A DNA stretch of 33,321 bases from Thermococcus sp. (GTDB taxonomy: Archaea; Methanobacteriota_B; Thermococci; Thermococcales; Thermococcaceae), in contig NZ_JALUYR010000143.1 in the NCBI RefSeq assembly GCF_027012695.1, forward strand, positions 1 through 33,321, given 5' to 3'. Shown in pieces: positions 25,698 through 33,321 of this stretch (position 1 is its first letter; each line of letters begins with the position of its first letter). A program made the position numbers and the translations under genes. The notes beneath the pieces were generated by a model. It did not search any database. It was not told where the DNA came from and saw only the letters and a list, made by a program, of their open reading frames with translations.

Positions 25698-25979
25698 TCA
25701 GGTGATGTCAAAGAGACCCGCCAGCTCGCCGAGTATGTCGTCCATCTCTTCCGCCCGCCTCTGCATGACGTAGAGCTCCCTCGTCATGAGGGGGAGCAGT
25801 CTCATAGTGAGGGTGGACGGCGGACTGGGGAGCCCAACGAAGGAGCCCATCAGCAGAAGGGCAAAGACGTTCTCCAGTTCCCTGAGTTCGAACTCGATAT
25901 ACTCCGTGGACTGCTCTCTAAGGGACTCCTCCACACCGCGCAGAAAACTCCTGATGTCCTCAAGGATTCTTTTCACCAT
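25698..25979 (-). CDS. Small (93 aa) hypothetical protein, first gene of the Get3/ArsA operon
   Basis: - ATG at 25979 preceded by GGAGGGGT SD and a 'ttttattatttttaaaac' TATA-like element.
- Its stop abuts the Get3/ArsA start.
- The longer 234-codon ORF in the track is a spurious 5' extension into cstA. Confidence 0.55.
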   Translation of the reverse strand: MVKRILEDIRSFLRGVEESLREQSTEYIEFELRELENVFALLLMGSFVGLPSPPSTLTMRLLPLMTRELYVMQRRAEEMDDILGELAGLFDIT

Positions 25980-26023
25980 GCAAACCCCTCCAGCGAAGAA
26001 CAGTTTTAAAAATAATAAAAAGG

Positions 26024-27778
26024 TCAGGAGGCACTGGCGGCGTATTCCTCCTCTGGCCGCTTCCAGGCGACCCAGAAGTCCCATGCCAGGAGTAAGTTCA
26101 GGAGCAGGCTGATCACTATTGCGCCCTTTACTGCTATCAGGTACTTTCCAACCATTGGCACGTAGATGAGGTACCATATCATCGCCGCAGTCACAGTTAT
26201 CCAGAGGAACAACGCGGGCAGCAGGACCGCCCAGCTCCACTTGCCTGCCCTCTGAACCTTTGCAACCCACAGGGCGGCGGTCATCAGGGCTATACTTGCC
26301 AGCATCTGGTTCATGGCGCTGAAGGCGGGCCAGATGACCTTGTAGCCTGCACCCCAGGCGAGGTAGGTGCCGATGCCCGCCAGTATTATCGAGGCGACCC
26401 ACTTGTTTGTTAGGAGCTTTGCTACTCCCCTGCTCGTGTCGGTGACCATTCCGAAGAGCTCCTGCCAGGCGAAGCGGCCGAGCCTTGTTGCCGTGTCGAG
26501 CGATGTCAGGGTGAATGCCGAAACCCAGAGCGTTGCGAAGGTCTTTCCGAATATCTCACTGACTCCGTAGAACTCGCTGACACCCTTGGCGTAGCCTCCA
26601 ATGAATGTTCCGAGACCTCCCTTCTCGATGTAGTGGATGCCCCACTGGTCTGGCTGGAGGCCCGTGAGCTGAACTCCGTAGACGGCTATTGAGGTTATAA
26701 CAATCGTCGAGAGGAATCCCTCGGTGAACATTCCACCGTAGCCGACGAGGAGCCCGTGGATCTCGTTGTCAAGCTGCTTGGATGTGGTTCCCGAGCCCAC
26801 CAGGGAGTGGAACCCGCTGAGCGAACCGCAGGCTATTATGAGGGGTATCGTTGGCCAGAACGGTGAGGGAACCGCCTTCGGACCCTCGGAGGTTATTCCC
26901 TTGACGACGTGGGCACTCCACATGGTGTACGCTGGCGCAGTGAAGTCCTTGGCCAGAAGTATGAAGGCCAGTCCTCCAAAGATGAGGCCGAACCAGAGGA
27001 TGTAGGCGTTCAGGTAGTCCCTGGGCTGGAGGAGGATCCACACTGGCAGTGACGCGGCTATGATGATGTAGACCATGAGGATCAGGTTCCAGTAGTGGTA
27101 GACCGTCTTGTAGGCGGCGCTTCCAACCTGCTTCTGGCCCTCGATGAATATGAGTGGGTGCTTGAGGCCAAGCCATACCGCAATTATCATGAGGCCGAGT
27201 CCGATTAGTGTTGCCAGTTTGAAGTCCATCTGCATTTTGTAGAGCAGCCAGCCGAGGATAACCGCCACCAGAAGGAACAGCAGGGTAGCGGTGGCCGCTT
27301 CAGGGGTTATGGTAAGGAGCTTTGCCGTAACCGCCACGAAGGCTGCCACCACAAGGAGCAGTGCAAACCATATGTAAATCTCAAAGGCCACTCCTGTCCT
27401 CTTGCTCATTAGCTTTCCTGCGATCCACTGGACTGACTTACCATCGTAGCGGACAGATGACATCAGTGCCAGGTAGTCGTGGACGGCACCTATGAAGACG
27501 TTTCCGAACCAGACCCACAGCAGTCCTGGAAGCCAGCCCCAGGCCATCGCTATCGCCGGACCGACGATTGGCCCCGCTCCCGCAATCGATGCGAAGTGGT
27601 GTCCGTAGAGAACGAGCGGGTGCGCTGGAACGTAGTCGACCCCATCGTAGAGCCTGTGGGCTGGAGTCGGCCTGTTGGGGTCGGCCTTGACGACCTTGTT
27701 CTGGAGGCTCTTGCCGTAGCTGAAGTACATGCCCACGTATATCGCCGCCGCTATCAGGACGACAAGGGCAGAGTTCAT
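26024..27778 (-). CDS. cstA: Carbon starvation protein A (CstA) family peptide/pyruvate transporter
   Basis: - 584 aa polytopic membrane protein.
- 'YGHHFASIAGAGPIVGP', a conserved CstA N-terminal segment. Confidence 0.85.
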   Translation of the reverse strand: MNSALVVLIAAAIYVGMYFSYGKSLQNKVVKADPNRPTPAHRLYDGVDYVPAHPLVLYGHHFASIAGAGPIVGPAIAMAWGWLPGLLWVWFGNVFIGAVHDYLALMSSVRYDGKSVQWIAGKLMSKRTGVAFEIYIWFALLLVVAAFVAVTAKLLTITPEAATATLLFLLVAVILGWLLYKMQMDFKLATLIGLGLMIIAVWLGLKHPLIFIEGQKQVGSAAYKTVYHYWNLILMVYIIIAASLPVWILLQPRDYLNAYILWFGLIFGGLAFILLAKDFTAPAYTMWSAHVVKGITSEGPKAVPSPFWPTIPLIIACGSLSGFHSLVGSGTTSKQLDNEIHGLLVGYGGMFTEGFLSTIVITSIAVYGVQLTGLQPDQWGIHYIEKGGLGTFIGGYAKGVSEFYGVSEIFGKTFATLWVSAFTLTSLDTATRLGRFAWQELFGMVTDTSRGVAKLLTNKWVASIILAGIGTYLAWGAGYKVIWPAFSAMNQMLASIALMTAALWVAKVQRAGKWSWAVLLPALFLWITVTAAMIWYLIYVPMVGKYLIAVKGAIVISLLLNLLLAWDFWVAWKRPEEEYAASAS

Positions 27779-28038
27779 ATTTACACCCCCAACTGGATTT
27801 TGCGCATTAACGTACAGTCTTTGTACTTAAATGTCTTTTGGTGGAAATCCTGGGAGAATCCATCTTTACACTCCTGCTCGGAAAAATGGTGTTGAGATCA
27901 ATATCAAGACGGCAAATACCTTATAAAGGTGAAACGAAGGCCGCAGGAAGCTCCAATGGGCTGAAAAGACACCCAGCAACACGAGGAACTGGCCCGAAAT
28001 TGAAAATACCGGGAGGAAACGACGGGAAAAACCTCGTT

Positions 28039-28884
28039 TCAGAGCAGTCCTTCCGCCTTCGCCGCCTCCTCCGGGTCCTCGTTCCTGTGGACAACCTTGA
28101 GGAGTGCCCTTATGAAGGGCTCAGGGTTCTCGCGCTGGAATATGTTCCTCCCGACAACGGCCCCAGCTCCGCCTGCCTCGATGACCTCCCACACGAGCTT
28201 GAGGAAGTCAAGGGGGTTGTTGGTCTTCGCTCCACCGCTGAGGAGAACCGGAACTCCCGCTGCTGCATCAACGACCCTGGCGAAGGTCTCCCTAGAGCCG
28301 GTCCAGTAGGTCTTTATCATGTCAGCGCCGCTCTCGACCGCTGCCCTCGCCCCGTACATGACGACGCGGTAGTCTTCTTTTTTACCATAGCGCTCGTTGA
28401 TGTAGGGGCCGCGCGGATAGGCGAACTGAACCACGGGGAAGCCTAAATCATGGGCATAGCTCGCTATCTCCGCGAACTGGCGCATCATGACGTCCTCAGC
28501 TGGACTGCCCCAGTAGACTGTCGCCGCTATGGCATCCGCTCCCAGCTTTACCGCGTCCTCGACGAAGGCCAGCTGGCTCTGGAGGAGCTGCTCGTCCTTC
28601 GGGCGGAGGTTGGTCTTGCTCGTGAGCTTGACCATTAACCCTGTGTCGGCCTTCAGCTCGTCTCCGGCCAGCCTGACGGTTCCGGGGAGCATCATGACGC
28701 CGTCTATTCCTGCCCTGACGACCTTCTTTACAATGATCCGTGGGTTAATGTGCTCCCAGTGCTCCTCGAAGTCAGTCGGCCCGTGCTCAAAGCCGTGGTC
28801 CATCGCGAAAATCAGGGCCCTCCCGTCCCGACGGAAGAACCTCTTCAGCCTCCTCCTTATACCGACGCTCTGGTATGCGTCCAT
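28039..28884 (-). CDS. fba: Class I fructose-bisphosphate aldolase, archaeal type (DhnA/FbaB family)
   Basis: - 281 aa.
- '[16 protein letters not shown]'.
- '[11 protein letters not shown]'.
- '[10 protein letters not shown]'.
- The ORF-track entry 28039-29547 is a spurious 5' extension. Confidence 0.85.
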   Translation of the reverse strand: MDAYQSVGIRRRLKRFFRRDGRALIFAMDHGFEHGPTDFEEHWEHINPRIIVKKVVRAGIDGVMMLPGTVRLAGDELKADTGLMVKLTSKTNLRPKDEQLLQSQLAFVEDAVKLGADAIAATVYWGSPAEDVMMRQFAEIASYAHDLGFPVVQFAYPRGPYINERYGKKEDYRVVMYGARAAVESGADMIKTYWTGSRETFARVVDAAAGVPVLLSGGAKTNNPLDFLKLVWEVIEAGGAGAVVGRNIFQRENPEPFIRALLKVVHRNEDPEEAAKAEGLL

Positions 28885-28978
28885 AGTACTCACCGTGGGT
28901 GATATATTCTTTGGAGGATTTAAGGTTTGTGGGCGGAGGGGCTTTAAGGTGTTTTTACAACCCCGGTCGGTGTGATTG

Positions 28979-29692
28979 ATGGAAAGCCTGAGAAGAATCG
29001 AGTGGAGAATCATCCATCTCGACGAGGTGGATTCCACCAACGAGTACGCCAAGCGCATCGCCGGGAACTCCCCCGAGGGGACGGTCGTCGTTGCGAAGCG
29101 CCAGACCGCTGGAAAGGGACGGAGAGGACGTTCCTGGGTCTCTCCAGAGGGCGGCCTCTGGCTCAGCGTCATCCTCAAACCAGGCAGGATAGACCCGAGG
29201 CTCGTCTTCGTTGGTGCTCTCGCGGTGGTCGACACGCTCGCGGACTTTGGGATCACCGCGGGAATCAAGTGGCCCAACGACGTCTGGGTCTCCGGAAGGA
29301 AGATAGCGGGCATTCTCACGGAGGGGAAGGGTATCGAGTACGTTATCCTTGGAATCGGCCTCAACGTGAACAATCCAGTTCCGGAGGAGCTGAGGGAAAG
29401 TGCCACCTCGATGCTCGAGCTTACTGGGGCCAAAGTTCCTCTGGAGAAAGTTCGTGAGAGGCTTCTCTTCCACCTCGGCGGCTGGTACAGGGTTTTCCTT
29501 GAGAGGCCGGATCTGCTGATGGCGAAGGTTCGGGAGAGGACGTTCATCCTTGGGAAAACCGTCCGGGTGCTTCAGGACGGTGAGGAGCTTGCTGGAAGGG
29601 CCGCGGATATTCTCGAGGACGGTTCGCTCCTCCTCGAAACTCCATCGGGACTGAAGAGGGTAACCCACGGCGACGTTTCGCTGAGGTTCTGA
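28979..29692 (+). CDS. birA: Biotin--[acetyl-CoA-carboxylase] ligase (BirA catalytic + C-terminal domain, no HTH)
   Basis: - '[25 protein letters not shown]' is the BPL signature.
- 'GIKWPNDV'. Confidence 0.9.
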   Translation: MESLRRIEWRIIHLDEVDSTNEYAKRIAGNSPEGTVVVAKRQTAGKGRRGRSWVSPEGGLWLSVILKPGRIDPRLVFVGALAVVDTLADFGITAGIKWPNDVWVSGRKIAGILTEGKGIEYVILGIGLNVNNPVPEELRESATSMLELTGAKVPLEKVRERLLFHLGGWYRVFLERPDLLMAKVRERTFILGKTVRVLQDGEELAGRAADILEDGSLLLETPSGLKRVTHGDVSLRF

Positions 29693-29758
29693 GACCGGTG
29701 GATAAAGTTAAATACCCGGTGGTGGCGCTACTTACAGCACGAACAAGGAGGTAGGGAT

Positions 29759-31228
29759 ATGAAGAGATTGCCAGCGGTGATCCTCGCCGCGCTTCTGCTC
29801 ACGTCCCTCCTCGGCCCGGAACTCGGGCTCGCGGGAGACGTCCACCCAAAAACCTACAGGCAGAACTTCCTCTTCACGGCAATCGTGATGCCCAACGGTG
29901 ACGCCAACATCACGATGAAGACCGTCTGGCTCGAGCCAAGGGATGAAATAATGAGGCAGATCGAGGAGATACTGAACGGAACCGAGGGCGGCAACATCAC
30001 CGTCGAGGAGGCCATAAAGAGGTTCGAGGAGGAGCAGCTGAGAAGGTACCTTGAGGGTCTCAGACAGGCGGGTATGGAGGTCGTTAATGAGAGCCTGAGG
30101 GCCTACGGCATAGAGGAGGGAAAGAACATAACCATCGTCTTCAACGCCGTGGCGAAGCATTTCGCGACCTACTACTCCTACGACGACCACTGGGAGGTCA
30201 GGGTTGATCCAACGAGGGGTTACGGTTCGATGGCGATTCCCGACACCGGTTTCCCCTTCGAGATTATAATGAACAACACCTTCGTCGTGAAGCTCCCACC
30301 CAACTCCACGGTGCTGAGCTACCCGAAACCCTACGTGAAGCAGTACAACCAGAGCAGGTTCCTCGTTACCTCGGGGGTGAACGGCGAGACGGTCATAGTG
30401 AGATCCTTCATCCAGCTTGAGCCGTTCCTTTCGCCCGAGGGGTTCAAGGCCCTCTTCGGCGACTACGACGGCTACTACATCAAGTACCGGGCTCCGTATA
30501 GGGGTGAGGAGCGGTACGAGAGGAGCGTCATGAAGGAGTACGTTACAGTGGATGTATACACCAACGGCACCGTGAGGCTTCACATGAGGGACGAGTACAT
30601 CGAGCCAAAGGAGGAGGTAATGCAGAGGAAACTGGAGATCCTCTCCTACGGGGTGGACAACGTCACTCAGTACATACTCAGGACCTACTCCCTTGCCCTC
30701 GGCTTTCAGGGGGCGATAGTGGAGGGCGGCAGGGTGAGGATATTGGGCCTCAACGAGACGGACGCACCCCTCGTGATAGACGCGGAGTACCTCGTTAGGA
30801 ACTTCACGAGGTACGAGAACGGCTCCTACGTTTACTCCTTCGACCCGACGATGGGGATAGCCGACAGGCTCGAGGGCAACCTCCAGTACGAAGTCAACCA
30901 CACGCTTTACCTCACGCTCAACCTGCCCAGGGGCTCCGAGATACTCGAGGTGCCGGACAACGTAACAGATGAGCTCAGGGGCAACAGGTTTACGATGACC
31001 GTCCTCAGAAACGCCACCTCGGTCAGGGTCGTCTCCAACGTCTTTCTCCGTTACGGAGCTCCGGCGGAGGATGTAAAGGCCCTCCTGCTAAAGCACGAGA
31101 ACGCGACCATACGCTATACCCTTCCGGCAGAGGACGGGAGCGGTCTCAGTGGAACGCAGAAAACCGCCGCCGTGATCATTGCGATCCTGCTTATAGTAGG
31201 GGCCCTGGTCATCTGGCGGAGGCGCTGA
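29759..31228 (+). CDS. Cell-surface glycoprotein-like hypothetical protein (signal peptide, ~20 N-glycosylation sequons, C-terminal TM anchor + RRR)
   Basis: - 'MKRLPAVILAALLLTSLLG' is a signal peptide.
- C-terminal 'AAVIIAILLIVGALVIWRRR'.
- Numerous NxT/S. Confidence 0.75.
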   Translation: MKRLPAVILAALLLTSLLGPELGLAGDVHPKTYRQNFLFTAIVMPNGDANITMKTVWLEPRDEIMRQIEEILNGTEGGNITVEEAIKRFEEEQLRRYLEGLRQAGMEVVNESLRAYGIEEGKNITIVFNAVAKHFATYYSYDDHWEVRVDPTRGYGSMAIPDTGFPFEIIMNNTFVVKLPPNSTVLSYPKPYVKQYNQSRFLVTSGVNGETVIVRSFIQLEPFLSPEGFKALFGDYDGYYIKYRAPYRGEERYERSVMKEYVTVDVYTNGTVRLHMRDEYIEPKEEVMQRKLEILSYGVDNVTQYILRTYSLALGFQGAIVEGGRVRILGLNETDAPLVIDAEYLVRNFTRYENGSYVYSFDPTMGIADRLEGNLQYEVNHTLYLTLNLPRGSEILEVPDNVTDELRGNRFTMTVLRNATSVRVVSNVFLRYGAPAEDVKALLLKHENATIRYTLPAEDGSGLSGTQKTAAVIIAILLIVGALVIWRRR

Positions 31229-31274
31229 TTTCTCCTTCGATATTCATTTAAACAGTCCTTCCCAATTTTTACCG

Positions 31275-31922
31275 GTGAAGCACATGACGAGGAAGCTCTA
31301 CTACGAGGACGCCTATTTGAAGGAGGCCAGGGCAAAGGTTCTGGAAATCCGGGATAACGCCCTCCTACTCGACCAGACGGTTTTCTATCCAACCGGCGGC
31401 GGCCAGCCCCACGACAAAGGCTGGATAAACGGCGTCGAGGTTCTCGATGTGTACAAGGAGGGAGAAAACGTCTGGCACGTCGTTGCCGAGCCTGAGAAGT
31501 TCAAAGTGGGGGATGAGGTTGAGCTTAAAATTGACTGGGACTACAGGTACAGGCTCATGAGAATCCACAGCGCGATGCACCTCCTCGAGCACGTTCTCAA
31601 CGAGGTTCTTCCCGGCGAGTGGGAACTCTACGGCAGCGGAATGAGTGCAGAAAAGGGCCGCTACGACATAGTCTACCCGGAGAACGTCAATCAGTACAAG
31701 GAAAAACTCATCGAGACCTTCAACAGGCTCGTTGACGAGGGCGGTGAAATGAAGATATGGTGGGAGGGGGAAACCAGATACACCCAGATACGGGACTTCG
31801 AGGTAATCCCCTGCGGAGGAACCCACGTGAAGGACATTAAGGAAATCGGCCACCTCAAGAAGCTCAAGCGCTCCAGCCTTGGAAGGGGGAAGCAGAGGAT
31901 AGAGATCTGGCTCGAGGACTGA
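31275..31922 (+). CDS. alaX: Alanyl-tRNA editing protein AlaX (AlaX-M type, tRNA_SAD domain)
   Basis: - 'HSAMHLLEH' is an HxxxH motif.
- 'CGGTHV' is a CxxxH motif.
- About 215 aa. Confidence 0.85.
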   Translation: MKHMTRKLYYEDAYLKEARAKVLEIRDNALLLDQTVFYPTGGGQPHDKGWINGVEVLDVYKEGENVWHVVAEPEKFKVGDEVELKIDWDYRYRLMRIHSAMHLLEHVLNEVLPGEWELYGSGMSAEKGRYDIVYPENVNQYKEKLIETFNRLVDEGGEMKIWWEGETRYTQIRDFEVIPCGGTHVKDIKEIGHLKKLKRSSLGRGKQRIEIWLED

Positions 31923-31930
31923 GAGTTCTT

Positions 31931-31950
31931 CCCCCTTGGGGGTTCTTTCT
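31931..31950 (+). terminator. GC hairpin (cccccttggggg) followed by a T-rich tract, directly after the alaX stop. Possible terminator between convergent genes.
   Basis: Inverted repeat read directly. Confidence 0.3.
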
Positions 31951-31977
31951 CCAATCTCCTGAAACAGCGCCCCTGCC

Positions 31978-32976
31978 TCACACCTTCTCAAAGACGTAGA
32001 ACCACCTGTCGAGGCTTTTATGAACCCTCTGGTAGTACTTGCCCACGGGCCTGAAACCCGCTTTTTGGCCCTCGGCTTCCCCGTCGAAGTCGGCTGGAAA
32101 GGCTATCGCCAGCCTTCCGCCATCTTTGAGCACGTTGTACATGCTCCTTAGAGCCTTTCGGTACAGCTCGTCCCTCCTCCGGCCGGCGAGCGTTGCTGAG
32201 GTGCCGTAGGGCGGGTCGGTGGCTATCGCCTCGAACCTCTTTTCTGGAAAGAGCTCCTTCAGCCTCGTCGCGTCGCCGATCTTGAGCTCGTAGTTCTCTA
32301 TGCCGTAGTGCCTGAGGTTGGTTTCCGCTCCTTCGACCATCTCCGGCTTTATGTCCACGCCGTAGACCTTAAGGCCAATCAAACCGGCCTCCATCAGAAT
32401 CCCGCCCGCACCAACGAAGGGGTCGAGAATCTCATTCCGGGCTTTTGTGAGGTTTACCAGTGCCCTCGAAATCCTCGGATGAAGGGAGATTGGCCTGAAG
32501 AAGGGCCTGTGGTGGGCCTTCCTGCTCTCGAAGTCCTTGGGATCGAAGAACCTCAACCTTATTCCCGCGTAAAGCCTCTCGCCGCAGTAGACCCTTACGA
32601 TAGTGTCCGGTTTCGAGAGGTTTACCCTGAATCCCTGCGCGTGTATTACCGCTCCAAGCTTCCTCGGCAGATCGAGAACATCGTGCCCGCAGTTGGCCAT
32701 CGTCTCGGTGTCAACCTTGAAGGTCCCCTTAATCGGCCACTCGACTCCCCTCGCCTTCTCGAGGAGTTCCCCAATCGAGTCCGCCTCGACAACCAGCTTT
32801 CCGTATTCATGGGCCAGGCCGAGCCGGTCAAGGAAAGGAAAGGCATCCTCGCCTGCATCAACCCTGAGAAAGAGGTAGTCCTGGTCAACTATCTTCCCTC
32901 CGCCGAGTTCGAGCATGGCTTTGACCTCGTCCCTCGCCATCCCCGGGAGGCTTCCAAGTATCTCAACGTAGAGCAT
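31978..32976 (-). CDS. tRNA (guanine10-N2)-dimethyltransferase (Trm-G10/Trm11 family; THUMP + Rossmann MTase)
   Basis: - '[14 protein letters not shown]' is motif I.
- 'DPPYG' is motif IV.
- N-terminal THUMP-like region. Confidence 0.85.
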   Translation of the reverse strand: MLYVEILGSLPGMARDEVKAMLELGGGKIVDQDYLFLRVDAGEDAFPFLDRLGLAHEYGKLVVEADSIGELLEKARGVEWPIKGTFKVDTETMANCGHDVLDLPRKLGAVIHAQGFRVNLSKPDTIVRVYCGERLYAGIRLRFFDPKDFESRKAHHRPFFRPISLHPRISRALVNLTKARNEILDPFVGAGGILMEAGLIGLKVYGVDIKPEMVEGAETNLRHYGIENYELKIGDATRLKELFPEKRFEAIATDPPYGTSATLAGRRRDELYRKALRSMYNVLKDGGRLAIAFPADFDGEAEGQKAGFRPVGKYYQRVHKSLDRWFYVFEKV

Positions 32977-33154
32977 GGTCTCAGCTCTCCCTGGAGTTTA
33001 AATGGTTGTCGGTTCCGTCATTCATACTGCCGGCTGTGGGGGTGTTTACTCCTCCTGCTTTGTATAGCATTGTACTTTGAAGCGTTCGTTTGAGACCTCA
33101 AAACACCGAAAGGCTAATAAACAATGAAAGCATAACATCAGGTGCAAAACCCCT

Positions 33155-33321
33155 ATGGGGGGGGCGATGTTCGGAAAGATGTTGGCCCTGGCCTTTGCAG
33201 GTTTTCTGGTTTTTGTAGCGACCTTCGCGGTAGCGAACGACGTTGCCCGGGAAACCCAGGTGGTTTCGGACCCAATGGTAAGTGATTCGGACAGCTACGT
33301 GATGCCCGAGGGTCAGCTGTA
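33155..33321 (+). CDS. 5' fragment of a secreted/membrane protein gene (truncated by the window end)
   Basis: - 'MGGAMFGKMLALAFAGFLVFVATFAVA' is signal-peptide-like.
- Open to the window end. Confidence 0.35.
   Translation, partial: MGGAMFGKMLALAFAGFLVFVATFAVANDVARETQVVSDPMVSDSDSYVMPEGQL

Noticed and set aside
25698-26402. 234-codon ORF
   Set aside because: - The upstream 140 codons overlap the cstA 3' end and look non-native.
- It is trimmed to the 93-aa protein, which has its own SD and TATA.
28039-29547. 502-codon ORF and overlapping ORFs 28955-29668 (-) and 28972-29457 (+)
   Set aside because: - The N-terminal 220 codons are a Ser/Arg/Pro-rich spurious extension antisense to birA.
- The real gene is the 281-aa aldolase starting at 28884.
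29732-30901. 389-codon minus-strand ORF
   Set aside because: It lies entirely antisense to the signal-peptide- and TM-bearing glycoprotein gene 29759-31228. The translation is His/Val/Gly-rich and non-native looking.
1-33321. tRNA, rRNA, IS element, integrase or toxin-antitoxin genes
   Set aside because: None recognised by eye. There are no cloverleaf-like GC-rich ~75-nt segments adjacent to the AT island, and no transposase or integrase motifs in any ORF.

Overview
The window looks like a GC-rich (~55%) chromosomal segment from a Thermococcales-type archaeon (probably Thermococcus). I infer this from a 30-nt CRISPR repeat of the GTTGCAATAAGACTCTAGGAGAATTGAAAG type, Shine-Dalgarno-led genes, BRE/TATA-like 'AAACTTTTAA' promoters, and Alba, prefoldin-alpha, AlaX and Trm-G10 genes.

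It opens with the trailer end of a CRISPR array (4 repeats, the last one degenerate), followed by housekeeping genes.

The most distinctive content is a dispersed set of uncharacterised metallocluster-type genes:
- three NifX/NafY-like 'dinitrogenase FeMo-cofactor-binding domain' proteins, two of them carrying Gly/Arg/Trp low-complexity tails;
- a tiny 2-TM protein with the same Gly-Arg motif;
- a DUF134 regulator starting with that motif again;
- two tandem MinD-type ATPases with inserted 2x[4Fe-4S] ferredoxin domains;
- a ferritin/rubrerythrin-like protein, an ICMT-like membrane methyltransferase and a wHTH regulator.

A 12-bp palindrome GTGC(A/T)TATGCAC next to BRE/TATA elements recurs in three promoters of these genes, suggesting a common regulon.

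Other notable items:
- a translationally coupled PH-like + SPFH-like two-gene operon abutting a 1.24-kb AT-rich, ORF-free island;
- a four-gene operon of overlapping ORFs (AsdA-like PLP enzyme, SAM methyltransferase, DUF364, MBL hydrolase);
- a Get3/ArsA-type ATPase operon with a DUF59 Fe-S assembly protein;
- a large secreted DUF2341-like glycoprotein with an AT-shifted C-terminal module.

No tRNA, rRNA, IS elements or integrase were recognised. All family assignments rest on motif recognition by eye, not on database searches.
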